DNA of 64,000 nucleotides from an uncultured Spirochaetota bacterium (GCA_963781885.1 CAWAHW010000002.1:1408001-1472000), one strand, 5' to 3'. Positions 1 through 9,105 are shown, counted from the first letter of the stretch. Notes: generated by a model not told the origin, from the sequence alone. Translations and numbers: made by a program.

Positions 1-1
1 C

Positions 2-1405
2 TCGTCCTTCGCTGAGGACGTGAAGGCGATAGAAGTGGCCACCGGCGTGCTTTCCACGGAAGGCGGATACTCGGCCCATGCATCGGTCGTGGCGCGGCAG
101 TATGGCAAGGTGTCGCTCGTCAAACCCGAGATGAGGATCAAGGGCAACAAGGCCACGATCGGGGAGCGAACAATCAAGGAGGGGGACTACATCACGCTGA
201 ACGTCCCCTTTTACGGCGCCCCTTCCATGTACCTCGGCAAGGCGGAGCTCATCGAGCCGGATCCCGAGGAATCGGGCATGCTCGATTTCCTCGCGCTTGT
301 GGAGAAATTCGTGAAAGGCTTCCACGTGCGGGCGAACGCGGACAAGCCGCGCGATGCCGCCCTGGCGCGCAAGTTCGGCGCAAAAGGCATCGGCCTGGTG
401 CGCACAGAGCACATGTTCTTCGACGAGAAGCGCATCAACGTCTTCCGCGAGATGGTCCTTTCGGACTCGGTGGAGGATCGCAGGAAGGCCCTGGCGAAGC
501 TTCTTCCCATGCAAAAGGCGGATTTCTACAAGCTGCTGAAAATCATGGAAGGCTATCCCGTCATCATCCGCCTGCTCGATGCGCCGCTGCACGAGTTCCT
601 GCCGCACAACGACCAGGAGCTCGAGCGTTTCATGAAGTACTTGAATGTCGGAAAGACCGGCGCCAAGCGTATTCCGGAAAAGGACGTCCGCGCGCGCTCA
701 GAGGCGCTGCACGAGTTCAACCCCATGCTGGGACACCGCGGCTGCCGCATCGCCGTTTCCTATCCCGAGATCTATGAGATGCAGGTGCGCGCGATTTTCG
801 AGGCGGTCTACACGCTGCGTAAGGAAGGCGTGCACGTCGAGCCGGAGGTGATGATCCCGATCATCATGAACGAATCGGAGCTGAAGCTCATCGTCTATGG
901 CAAGAAGATCGAAGGGAAGCACATCCGCGGCCTCGTCGACATCGAGCTGGAGGTACGGGAAAGCTTCAAGGCAAAACCTGCGCCCTACAAGATCGGCACG
1001 ATGGTGGAGCTGCCGGCCGCCGCGCTCGGGGCGGACCAGCTTGCGCGCTACGCGCAGTTCTTCTCCTTCGGGACGAATGACCTCACCCAGACGACAATCG
1101 GGTTGTCCCGGGACGATTTCAACGCCTTCATGCCAGACTACACCCAGTTCGACCTCCTGGAGGGGAACCCCTTCCAGATGCTCAACCCGCAGGTGCGCGA
1201 GCTGATCGCCCTGGCGGTGAAGAGGGGCAAGATGACCCGACCGGACCTCGAGGTGGGACTCTGCGGAGAGCACGGGGCGGTGCCGGACAACATCCGCTTC
1301 TGCATGGAAGCAGGGCTGGATTACGTTTCCTGCTCGCCATACCAGGTGCCACTGTCGAAGCTTGCAATCGCCCAGCTGGAGATCGAAAAGAAAGCGGCAA
1401 AATAG
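2..1405 (+). CDS. ppdK: Pyruvate phosphate dikinase, C-terminal part (5' end outside window)
   Basis: Phosphocarrier His motif EGGYSAHASVVAR, then GIGLVRTEHMFF, HEFNPMLGHRGCR, FFSFGTNDLTQ, GLCGEHG; frame open from the window edge. Confidence 0.9.
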   Translation, partial: SSFAEDVKAIEVATGVLSTEGGYSAHASVVARQYGKVSLVKPEMRIKGNKATIGERTIKEGDYITLNVPFYGAPSMYLGKAELIEPDPEESGMLDFLALVEKFVKGFHVRANADKPRDAALARKFGAKGIGLVRTEHMFFDEKRINVFREMVLSDSVEDRRKALAKLLPMQKADFYKLLKIMEGYPVIIRLLDAPLHEFLPHNDQELERFMKYLNVGKTGAKRIPEKDVRARSEALHEFNPMLGHRGCRIAVSYPEIYEMQVRAIFEAVYTLRKEGVHVEPEVMIPIIMNESELKLIVYGKKIEGKHIRGLVDIELEVRESFKAKPAPYKIGTMVELPAAALGADQLARYAQFFSFGTNDLTQTTIGLSRDDFNAFMPDYTQFDLLEGNPFQMLNPQVRELIALAVKRGKMTRPDLEVGLCGEHGAVPDNIRFCMEAGLDYVSCSPYQVPLSKLAIAQLEIEKKAAK

Positions 1406-1419
1406 TCCTTCGAAGTCAT

Positions 1420-1453
1420 AAAAAAACGGCCGGGAAACCGGCCGGTTTTTTTT
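1420..1453. terminator. Bidirectional intrinsic terminator
   Basis: A7-CGGCCGG-GAAA-CCGGCCG-G-T8 between convergent genes. Confidence 0.9.
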
Positions 1454-1465
1454 GAAAAGCTCGTT

Positions 1466-2017
1466 CTATTTGTTCCAGATCGTGAACCGGTGCATTCCAT
1501 CAACCACAAGCTGGCTTGCTTTGACGGCTTCCGCCTTCGGCACGCCGGCCTCCTTGTTGAGCGTCGCGGAAAAAAACTTCCCAACCGTCTCGTAGACGTC
1601 CGGCAGATTGTAGAAAACAAAGGAGAAATTGATGCCGCTGGGCTTGAGGACAGTGAAGGACCCATAGGTCATGAGCGGGCTCTTGCTCACCATGACCTTT
1701 GTCTGGTTCCGGGTGGTAAGGATGTCCAGCTCCGCGAATCGGTGGGGGATCTGGTCCTTTGCCGTCCGCCGGAAGGGCTCCAGGTGCTTCTGCGCATAGG
1801 AAGGGGGTTCCGCCAGGACGAAAAGTTTGTTGCCGTCGGTCTGGAACGTGAGCCCCTCTTCGGTCAGGACGATTGATTTCACCCCGTTGTAGGCAACCAC
1901 CTCATAGCGCGCATACGACGAGTTCTCGTCGAGGAAAGAGGATACGATGTACCCTCCGTCACTGGGCAGCTGACTGTCGGCGTAGGCCTTGAACAACTCG
2001 AGTGCTTTCGGCTTCAT
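1466..2017 (-). CDS. Hypothetical protein (183 aa)
   Basis: ATG at 2017 preceded by GGAGG SD; host-like codon usage; MKPKALELFKAY...; no recognisable family. Confidence 0.75.
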   Translation of the reverse strand: MKPKALELFKAYADSQLPSDGGYIVSSFLDENSSYARYEVVAYNGVKSIVLTEEGLTFQTDGNKLFVLAEPPSYAQKHLEPFRRTAKDQIPHRFAELDILTTRNQTKVMVSKSPLMTYGSFTVLKPSGINFSFVFYNLPDVYETVGKFFSATLNKEAGVPKAEAVKASQLVVDGMHRFTIWNK

Positions 2018-2043
2018 CCGTTTCCTCCATGGTTCCGTCCCAT

Positions 2044-2083
2044 AGTATAGTCGGATTTTACCTGCACGCAATGAAAAGTGCAG
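2044..2083 (-). promoter_or_regulatory. Putative sigma70 promoter with overlapping palindrome
   Basis: TTGCGT-N16-TATACT on minus strand; CTGCAC-N10-GTGCAG (2062-2083) covers the -35. Confidence 0.4.
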
Positions 2084-2090
2084 CCGGTCT

Positions 2091-2241
2091 TGCGGCGCCC
2101 CAATCCGCCGGAATACGGCGGCGCCCCAATCCGCCGGAATACGGCGGCGCCCCAATCCGCCGGAATACGGCGGCGCCCCAATCCGCCGGGATACGGCGGC
2201 GCCCTAATCCGCCGGGGATACGGCGGCGTGGTATTCCGCCG
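2091..2241. repeat. Tandem array, about 5.5 copies of a 26-bp palindromic unit GGCGGCGCCCCAATCCGCCGGAATAC
   Basis: Units at 2091, 2117, 2143, 2169 and 2195 (27 bp), then a degenerate copy; CCGCCG-GAATA-CGGCGG hairpin across unit junctions; no spacers. Confidence 0.95.
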
Positions 2242-4114
2242 CTTTAGCGAGGAAGGTCTCCGCAAAAGAGTTGTTGCCCATGGCCCGGTAGACCATTCCG
2301 AGATTGCGGTTGGCGCGCCAATCCCTTGGCGCGAGCGAGATGGCCCGTCGGAATGTCTCCGCCGCTTTTTCCAGCGCCTTGTCCTGGAATTGCAGCACGC
2401 CGAGCATGAGGATGAGCGACAGTCTTTCCCCCTGCTTTTTCATGAAGCTTTCCAGCGCTTTCATACCGACGCCGCGCGCGCCCAGGCGATCCAGACAGTA
2501 GACGGCCGCCTTCATGTGCTCCTCTGCGTCGGGCGCTTCTGTCAGGAGGTCGCGCAGGAGAACCAGCGCCTCCGCGTACTTTCCCGTCCGCCGGTAGCAC
2601 ACGGCAAGCGCCGATTTCAAGCGCGCGTTGCGCGGCTCGTGCGGCAGGAGCCGGTTGATGTGATCCGCCGCTTCGGCAAAACCGTCCTCCTCCAGCAGCA
2701 GGCGAACAAGCCGCCGCCGCGCCGCCCTGTCGTCCGGCTCGACGGCCAGGTAGCGGCGGAAGACATCGGCGAGCATCTCCTTCTTTCCCAGCGCCTCGTA
2801 GACGTCGGCCAGGGCCTGGAGCATCTCGGGGTCGGGCTCGGCGACCTTCATCGATCGTTCGTACCAGCCCGCGGCGAGCTCCGGAAGCCCCGCGCGCGCG
2901 TAGGCCTGGCCGAGCTCGCCCATGAGGACCGGGTCGGGACCCCGAGCCTTGACTTGCGCCTGCAGCTCTGCAAGAACCTGCTCGATCGCCGCGCCTGTCC
3001 GGGAGAGCGCGAGGCTGTGGAAATAGGTCCCTGTCGCGTCGCCGCGATTTTTCTGCAGAACTCGTGCCGCTTCCGCGAGCAGCTCGTCGTATTCGCGTCG
3101 TTCCCAGAGCACGGCAAGCAGGCCGTAGCGCAGCTCCAGCGACGCCCGGTCCTTCTCAATGGCGCGATGGTAGTGGTTCTTCGCCTTCAGCAGCTCGCCG
3201 AGATTGCGGTAGGCCTCTGCCACGAGGGCGTGCATCTGCGGGTCATCGTAGGCCCCGCGCAGGAGCTTCGTGCCGTAGAAAATCGTCTCGCGGAAGCGTC
3301 CTTCGCGGAAAAGGTTCACCGTGATGAAGCGCAGGACGTCCTCCGGCGACCCCTGCGGGGCCACCGTGGAGCGCAGAAGCTGCGCGCCGCTTCTGATCTC
3401 AGCGGCAGCCCCCGTCTTGTCGCCCTGGGAGAGCAGGATGATTGCTTTCTGCAGGTGGAGGAAGGGGTCCTGGGGAGAGATGCGCGAGGCTGCATCCATG
3501 TGGTAGAGGGCAAGACTGTCCTTGCCGAGCTCCCGGTAGATGGACGCGAGGTAGAGGTGCGGCAGGATGCTCGCGCGCCTCTGCTCCAGAACCTCCGTGA
3601 AAAGGCGCGCGGCGTCATTCAGATCGCCGCGGTAGAACAGGCGGATGCCGAGGACAAGCGCCGTGTTCAAGTAGCCGGTCTGGAGGCGCTTGTTCTGCGG
3701 GTCAATCTCCAGCGCGCGCGCGAACCACCAGATGGCCTTGTCAGGTCGGCGGATCTTCAGGCAGGCAAGACCCAGGAGGCCGTACGCGGGCGAGAACCCG
3801 GGGGTCTTCTCCACCACGCGCGTGAGGTGCCTGATTGCCTGCGGGTAGGATTCCAGCCCGAGATACGCGCGGCCGAGGAAGAATCGCCCGGGAACCGAAT
3901 CGGGCTTCCGCCGCAAGAAAAAAGACAGGGCCTGGACGGCGCGGGCGTAGTCTCCCAGCGCGTGGTAGGACCGTCCCAGGTAGAGCAGGGCGAGCGGGTG
4001 GGCATCCGTGCTGCCGACGATCCGGGTCAGCAGCTCCACCGCCCGCGGGTAGTCGCGCGCACGGCCCGCTTCCATGGCTTGATCGAACATCTCCGCATAG
4101 TTCGTCGCGCGCAT
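2204..4114 (-). CDS. Multi-TPR protein (636 aa)
   Basis: Many TPR-like repeats (ALLYLGRSYHALGDYARA, NLGMVYRAMG). Confidence 0.85.
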   Translation of the reverse strand: MRATNYAEMFDQAMEAGRARDYPRAVELLTRIVGSTDAHPLALLYLGRSYHALGDYARAVQALSFFLRRKPDSVPGRFFLGRAYLGLESYPQAIRHLTRVVEKTPGFSPAYGLLGLACLKIRRPDKAIWWFARALEIDPQNKRLQTGYLNTALVLGIRLFYRGDLNDAARLFTEVLEQRRASILPHLYLASIYRELGKDSLALYHMDAASRISPQDPFLHLQKAIILLSQGDKTGAAAEIRSGAQLLRSTVAPQGSPEDVLRFITVNLFREGRFRETIFYGTKLLRGAYDDPQMHALVAEAYRNLGELLKAKNHYHRAIEKDRASLELRYGLLAVLWERREYDELLAEAARVLQKNRGDATGTYFHSLALSRTGAAIEQVLAELQAQVKARGPDPVLMGELGQAYARAGLPELAAGWYERSMKVAEPDPEMLQALADVYEALGKKEMLADVFRRYLAVEPDDRAARRRLVRLLLEEDGFAEAADHINRLLPHEPRNARLKSALAVCYRRTGKYAEALVLLRDLLTEAPDAEEHMKAAVYCLDRLGARGVGMKALESFMKKQGERLSLILMLGVLQFQDKALEKAAETFRRAISLAPRDWRANRNLGMVYRAMGNNSFAETFLAKAAEYHAAVSPAD

Positions 4115-4181
4115 CTGGTTCGTATTCTACCACGGCGGCCGATTGCTTTACAAACGGGGGTCTTTCCTCTACAACTAACCC

Positions 4182-5591
4182 ATGCGAGGGGTCAAAAGCT
4201 TCGCCCAGATCGCGGGGGAAGAGACGAGCCTTTCCGACCGCCTGAGCATCGGCGTGCGCCTGGGAGCCACGGCGGTGATTCTCATCATCGCCCTTTCGGC
4301 CCATCGCACCACGGCAGTCATCGTGGATGCCGCCGCTTTGATCGCCCTGGGCCTCATCTCGCTGATCGTTGGCGTGCGGCTTATCCGCAAAGAGCCGGCC
4401 ACCCCGCTGTTCCTGCTCTGCCTGATCGCAGACCTCATCTGCATGCTCGTCATGGCGTTCTTCATCCTGGACCAGGAAAAGATCGTCGACAGCCTCTCCT
4501 CCCTGATCACGCTGGAAGCGTACGCCATGAGCGTTGCCCTCCTGGCGTCGTTTCGCATCTCGCTGCACGACTGCATCCTCGCGACCTGCGTCGCGGTCCT
4601 CGTGCCGATTTTCGCCGTCATCGTCGCGGTCCTTCGATTTCCGGGAACGTTCGCCTACGCGTTGATCGTCGTGCCCTTCCTGAACGTGCTGGTCGGCTCT
4701 TTCGCCTCCCTGCAGTGTCAGCGCTACGCCAAGGCCTTGAAGGAAAACCTCATCACGGAGGATCTCCTGCGGGCGAGCAGGCGATTGAAGATGACGATGG
4801 ACATCGTCACGGCGTCCATTTTCAACCTCCACCAGCTCATCAACAAGCTGGGTGACGTCTCGACCACCGTGAACGAAGGCGCCCGCAACCAGTCCGCGGG
4901 AATAGAGCAGGTGACGACGGTGGCCGCGCAGCTCCAGGAAGCCATGGAGCGGCTGTCGCAGTCCACGGAAAGGTCGGCCTCCACCATCGGCACGACCGCG
5001 CAGTTCTCGGAGAGCGGCAACACCATCGTGAAGAAGGTCATCGAGGAAATACTCGGGATACACGACGTGGTGGACAAGATGGTGACGGCGCTCGCGAGGA
5101 TCAACGACATCGCCGACCAGACGAACCTGCTCGCCTTGAACGCGGCAATCGAGGCGTCCCGCACCGGTGACGAGCAGAGCGGCTTCTCCGTCGTCGCGGA
5201 CGAAATCCGTCAGCTTGCGGAGAAATCCGCCGCGACGGCGTCCGAGGTGAGCAAGTGGGTCCGCCAGATCGAGACCGTGATCGAGAGGGGAGGGGAATCC
5301 TCCCGCGAGGCGGGGAAGATCTTCGATACGATTGCACGGGACCTTGGGGCCTACGCCGGGTTCATTCACGAGCTCTCGAATTCCGTGAAGAACCAGCTCG
5401 GCGCAAACCGCGAGGTGACGGGCGCGATCGAGAGCATCGGGTCGGTGGTGGAGGACAACCGCTTCTCCGCAGAGGCCGTCACCCGGATCATCGGCGATCT
5501 GAAGAAGGAGATGCTGAAGCTGGAAGCGCTTGTCGGCGACAAGGTGCAGGAAGCGGAAAAGCTGTATCGCAGCGCAGAGGGCGCGACGTAG
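4182..5591 (+). CDS. Methyl-accepting chemotaxis protein with polytopic membrane N-terminus
   Basis: IADQTNLLALNAAIEASR...GFSVVADEIRQLAE signalling hairpin; about 5-6 hydrophobic helices N-terminally. Confidence 0.9.
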   Translation: MRGVKSFAQIAGEETSLSDRLSIGVRLGATAVILIIALSAHRTTAVIVDAAALIALGLISLIVGVRLIRKEPATPLFLLCLIADLICMLVMAFFILDQEKIVDSLSSLITLEAYAMSVALLASFRISLHDCILATCVAVLVPIFAVIVAVLRFPGTFAYALIVVPFLNVLVGSFASLQCQRYAKALKENLITEDLLRASRRLKMTMDIVTASIFNLHQLINKLGDVSTTVNEGARNQSAGIEQVTTVAAQLQEAMERLSQSTERSASTIGTTAQFSESGNTIVKKVIEEILGIHDVVDKMVTALARINDIADQTNLLALNAAIEASRTGDEQSGFSVVADEIRQLAEKSAATASEVSKWVRQIETVIERGGESSREAGKIFDTIARDLGAYAGFIHELSNSVKNQLGANREVTGAIESIGSVVEDNRFSAEAVTRIIGDLKKEMLKLEALVGDKVQEAEKLYRSAEGAT

Positions 5592-5595
5592 CTTC

Positions 5596-7035
5596 ATGGA
5601 AAAGCGCGACATATTCCTCAATATCTCCCCCTTGGACCACCGCTATTCGCTTTCCAACCCCGCTCTGTGGGCTTCCCTGAGTGAAATCCTGGGGGAAGAG
5701 GCATCCGTTCACTATTGCGCCCGAGTCGAGATTGCCTTCCTGAAAGCGCTTCTTCGCCATCTGCCGGGAAAAGTCGGCCCCGAGGACCAGGGCGCGGCGC
5801 TCGATGCCGCGGCGGGCGCCCTGACGTCTGAGGAAGTCTACGCGGAGGAGCAAAAGACCCAGCACAATATCCGGGCGCTGGTGAACGTGCTCAAGGGGCA
5901 TCTGCCCGCGTCGGTGAGGCCGTTCGTTCACCTGGGGGCAACATCGGTGGACATCCTCGACACGGCCGCCGCTCTTCGTTACCGCGACGCCGTGGAAAAG
6001 GTCGTCCTTCCGCTGCTCTTCGACCTGGAAGAAGAGCTTATCGCGCGTGTGCGCGCCGAGGCGGAGACCCCGCAGATCGGCCGCACGCACGGGCAGCACG
6101 CGGTGCCGCTCACCTTCGGCTTTGCCCTGGCGGCATATGTTTCCCGGTTGGGAAAGAGCATCGCGCGCATACGGGAAAAAGCCACCGGCCTCCGCGGAAA
6201 GCTCTCGGGTGCCGTGGGCGCCTACAACGCCACCTCGCTCCTGGTGAAGGATCCGCAGGAGCTGGAGCGTGAGGTACTCGCAGAGCTCGGTCTTGCCGCA
6301 TCCGAGCATTCCACGCAGCTCGTCGAGCCGGAATACCTCCTGCAGCTCCTGCTGGAGCTGAATACGGCTTTCGGGATCATCGCCAACCTCGCCGACGACC
6401 TGCGGAATCTCCAGCGCTCGGAGATCGGCGAAGTCCGTGAGGAGTTCACCGACACCCAGGTGGGCTCTTCCACGATGCCCCAGAAGCGCAATCCCTGGAA
6501 CTCAGAGCACGTGAAGAGCCTCTGGAAGGCATTCAGTCCCCGGGTGCTCACGTTTTTCATGGACCAGATCTCGGAGCATCAGCGGGACCTCACCAACTCC
6601 GCCTCCTCGCGATTCGTCGGAGAGTTCGTCGCGGGATTCGCGTCGGCAGCAGACCGGATGCGGGCCGTCATCCACTCCCTGTTTGTGGACCGTGCGCGGA
6701 TGGCGGATAACCTCGCGCACTCGGGGGACCTCATCTTTTCCGAGCCGGCCTACATCCTTGTCGCCCTTGCGGGCGATGCAGACGCGCACGAGCGGGTGCG
6801 GCGTGCCACGCTGAAAGCGGAGCAGACGGGGGCGCGTCTGGTCGACGTCTTGCGTGAGGACACCGCCGTATGGGACATCCTTTCGCGCCAGCTTGCCCTC
6901 ACCCGCGGTCTGGACGCGCGTGCGTTCTTCTCCGAGCCGGCGCGCTACCGCGGCATTGCGGCAGAGAAGGCGCGGGAGATTGCCGACGCGCATGAAAAGG
7001 CGGTCGCGCAGATGCGCAAAGAGCTCGCGCGCTGA
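5596..7035 (+). CDS. purB: Adenylosuccinate lyase
   Basis: ISPLDHRY, HLGATSVDI, GRTHGQHA, signature GSSTMPQKRNP. Confidence 0.93.
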   Translation: MEKRDIFLNISPLDHRYSLSNPALWASLSEILGEEASVHYCARVEIAFLKALLRHLPGKVGPEDQGAALDAAAGALTSEEVYAEEQKTQHNIRALVNVLKGHLPASVRPFVHLGATSVDILDTAAALRYRDAVEKVVLPLLFDLEEELIARVRAEAETPQIGRTHGQHAVPLTFGFALAAYVSRLGKSIARIREKATGLRGKLSGAVGAYNATSLLVKDPQELEREVLAELGLAASEHSTQLVEPEYLLQLLLELNTAFGIIANLADDLRNLQRSEIGEVREEFTDTQVGSSTMPQKRNPWNSEHVKSLWKAFSPRVLTFFMDQISEHQRDLTNSASSRFVGEFVAGFASAADRMRAVIHSLFVDRARMADNLAHSGDLIFSEPAYILVALAGDADAHERVRRATLKAEQTGARLVDVLREDTAVWDILSRQLALTRGLDARAFFSEPARYRGIAAEKAREIADAHEKAVAQMRKELAR

Positions 7036-8588
7036 TGGACAGCATCCTCATACTGGACTTCGGCGGACAGAGCACGCAGCTCATCGGCCGCCGCATCCGC
7101 GAGCTCGGGGTCTATAGCGTCATCGTCCACGGCGATTCGCCCTTCGACAGGCTGGACCTCACGGGCGTGAAGGGCATCATCCTCTCGGGATCGCCCTATT
7201 CCGTCTACGAGCCGGGCGCGCCGGAGGTGGACGCGCGCATCTACAAGGCAGGGTTGCCCATCCTGGGCATCTGCTACGGCCTCCACCGGCTTGCCGCGGA
7301 TCATGGCGGCACGGTGGCATCGCTGGGCCGCAAAGAGTACGGCCGGGCGCAGGTCACGCTGGACGAGCGCACCCAGCTTTTTTCCCGGATCCCTGCCGGG
7401 GGCTTCCTGTCGTGGATGAGCCACGGGGATTCCCTCACCGTCGTGCCGCAGGGATTCCGCGTGATTGCGCGATCCGACAATGGGCTGCCCGCGGCGTTCG
7501 CGAGCACCGATCGGCGGATGTGGGGCGTGCAGTTTCACCCCGAGGCGAGCCACTGCGAGCACGGCATGGACATCCTTGAAGCCTTCGCGGTCGACATCTG
7601 CGGCGCGGCGCGGTCGTGGAACATGGAAGCATTCCTGGAGACTGCCCGGCAAAGCCTGCCGCAGCGCGTCGGGGAGAGGCCCGTGGTCCTCCTGATCTCC
7701 GGCGGCGTGGACTCCTGCGTCGTTGCCGCGCTGCTCTTGAAGAGCCTCCCCGTGGAGCAGGTCCATCTCATGTACATCGACACGGGTCTCATGAGGCTGG
7801 ACGAATCGCGCGAGGTGCTCCAGAGTCTTGGCACGCTGGGGGCGCGGCACGTGCACGCCATAGACGCTTCCCGCAGATTCTATGACGGGCTCGCCGGCGT
7901 CGATGATCCAGAGAAGAAGCGCCGCATCATCGGCGACCTGTTCATCAGGACCCAGGAAGAGGAGATCGGCAAGCTGGGCATCATGGAATCGTTTCTCGCC
8001 CAGGGCACCCTCTACACGGATCTCATCGAATCAGGCAGGGGTGTGGGGAACAAGGCTAATCTCATCAAGACGCATCACAATGTGCGCTCGCCGCTCGTGG
8101 AGGCCAAGCGGGAAGCGGGGCTCGTGATCGAGCCGCTTTCTTCCCTGTACAAGGATGAGGTGCGCGCTCTGGGAAAGGTGCTGGGCCTCGCACCCGCGCT
8201 CGTCGGCCGGCACCCGTTCCCGGGGCCCGGTGTGGCGGTGCGGATCGTTGGAGAGGTGACGAAGGAAAAGTGCGATCTCCTGCGGCGCGCCGATGCGCTC
8301 TTCATCGGGGAGCTGCGCGCGCGCAACCTCTATGACAGGATCTGGCAGGCGTTCTGCGTTCTCCTTCCCGTCCGCTCGGTGGGCGTCTCAGGGGATATGC
8401 GACGCTACGGTCACGTGCTCGCCCTGCGCGCCGTCGCCTCTCTGGACGCGATCACGGCCGATGTCTATCCCTTTGCCATGAGCGACCTCCTGGAGATATC
8501 GTCGCTGATCACGAACAGGATCCCCGAAATCGGCAGGGTGGTCTACGATGTTTCCAGCAAGCCGCCTGCCACGATCGAGTGGGAATAA
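7035..8588 (+). CDS. guaA: GMP synthase (glutamine-hydrolysing)
   Basis: ILDFGGQ, GICYG, QFHPE, SGGVDS, IKTHHNV, HPFPGPG, KPPATIEWE. Confidence 0.97.
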   Translation: MDSILILDFGGQSTQLIGRRIRELGVYSVIVHGDSPFDRLDLTGVKGIILSGSPYSVYEPGAPEVDARIYKAGLPILGICYGLHRLAADHGGTVASLGRKEYGRAQVTLDERTQLFSRIPAGGFLSWMSHGDSLTVVPQGFRVIARSDNGLPAAFASTDRRMWGVQFHPEASHCEHGMDILEAFAVDICGAARSWNMEAFLETARQSLPQRVGERPVVLLISGGVDSCVVAALLLKSLPVEQVHLMYIDTGLMRLDESREVLQSLGTLGARHVHAIDASRRFYDGLAGVDDPEKKRRIIGDLFIRTQEEEIGKLGIMESFLAQGTLYTDLIESGRGVGNKANLIKTHHNVRSPLVEAKREAGLVIEPLSSLYKDEVRALGKVLGLAPALVGRHPFPGPGVAVRIVGEVTKEKCDLLRRADALFIGELRARNLYDRIWQAFCVLLPVRSVGVSGDMRRYGHVLALRAVASLDAITADVYPFAMSDLLEISSLITNRIPEIGRVVYDVSSKPPATIEWE

Positions 8589-8664
8589 AATATCGGCATT
8601 TTTCCTCCGCCCCTTTAGAAAATAGCCATGCGTTGCCGATAAGGAACGTAACGAGGTACGTGCA

Positions 8665-9063
8665 ATGCAAGGAGAATTGCCAGAAGATCCTCCCGTCCGG
8701 GAAATGCTCGAATGGTTGATGTCGACGTGGGGCATGACCAAGTCGGACCTCGCCCGCATGTTCCAGCGCACGCAATCGACCATCCACCATTGGCTGAACA
8801 CAGGGCAGGTGTCGCATCGCAACCTGATGAAGATACGCTCCAGCTACTACTTCCTCCACGATTCGCGCGATCCGCACGCGAACGAGAGAAAGTGCGAGCG
8901 GTGCGGGAAATGGCTGCCGCAGAAGGAGTTCCGCGAGGGCAAGGCGATCTGCCATTCCTGCGAAAACTCCCGCACGCTCCAGTACTACTGGACGCACCGC
9001 GACGAGCAGCTGACGAAGAGGAAAGCAAAGAACTGGTACAATCGACGCATCGCCTCGTCATAG
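8665..9063 (+). CDS. XRE-like HTH protein fused to a C4 zinc finger
   Basis: GMTKSDLARMFQRTQSTIHHWLN (HTH-like); CERC...CHSC; GAGG SD upstream. Confidence 0.7.
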   Translation: MQGELPEDPPVREMLEWLMSTWGMTKSDLARMFQRTQSTIHHWLNTGQVSHRNLMKIRSSYYFLHDSRDPHANERKCERCGKWLPQKEFREGKAICHSCENSRTLQYYWTHRDEQLTKRKAKNWYNRRIASS

Positions 9064-9074
9064 GGTCGCGCCCG

Positions 9075-9105
9075 ATCGGGGAGGGAAGCCCCCGCTTCTC
9101 CCGAT
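9075..9105 (+). terminator. GC-rich hairpin after the HTH gene (no U-tract)
   Basis: ATCGGGAG-GGAAGC-CCCC-GCTTC-TCCCGAT. Confidence 0.4.

Noticed and set aside
2091-2241. CRISPR array
   Set aside because: Units are contiguous with no unique spacers, and no cas genes are in the window
2078-4855. 925-aa plus-strand ORF, and similar long ORFs at 3741-5621, 12199-14814, 31263-33818, 36004-37659 and 47501-49048
   Set aside because: Antisense shadows of well-supported genes; long stop-free frames are expected with high-GC codon bias; no recognisable motifs
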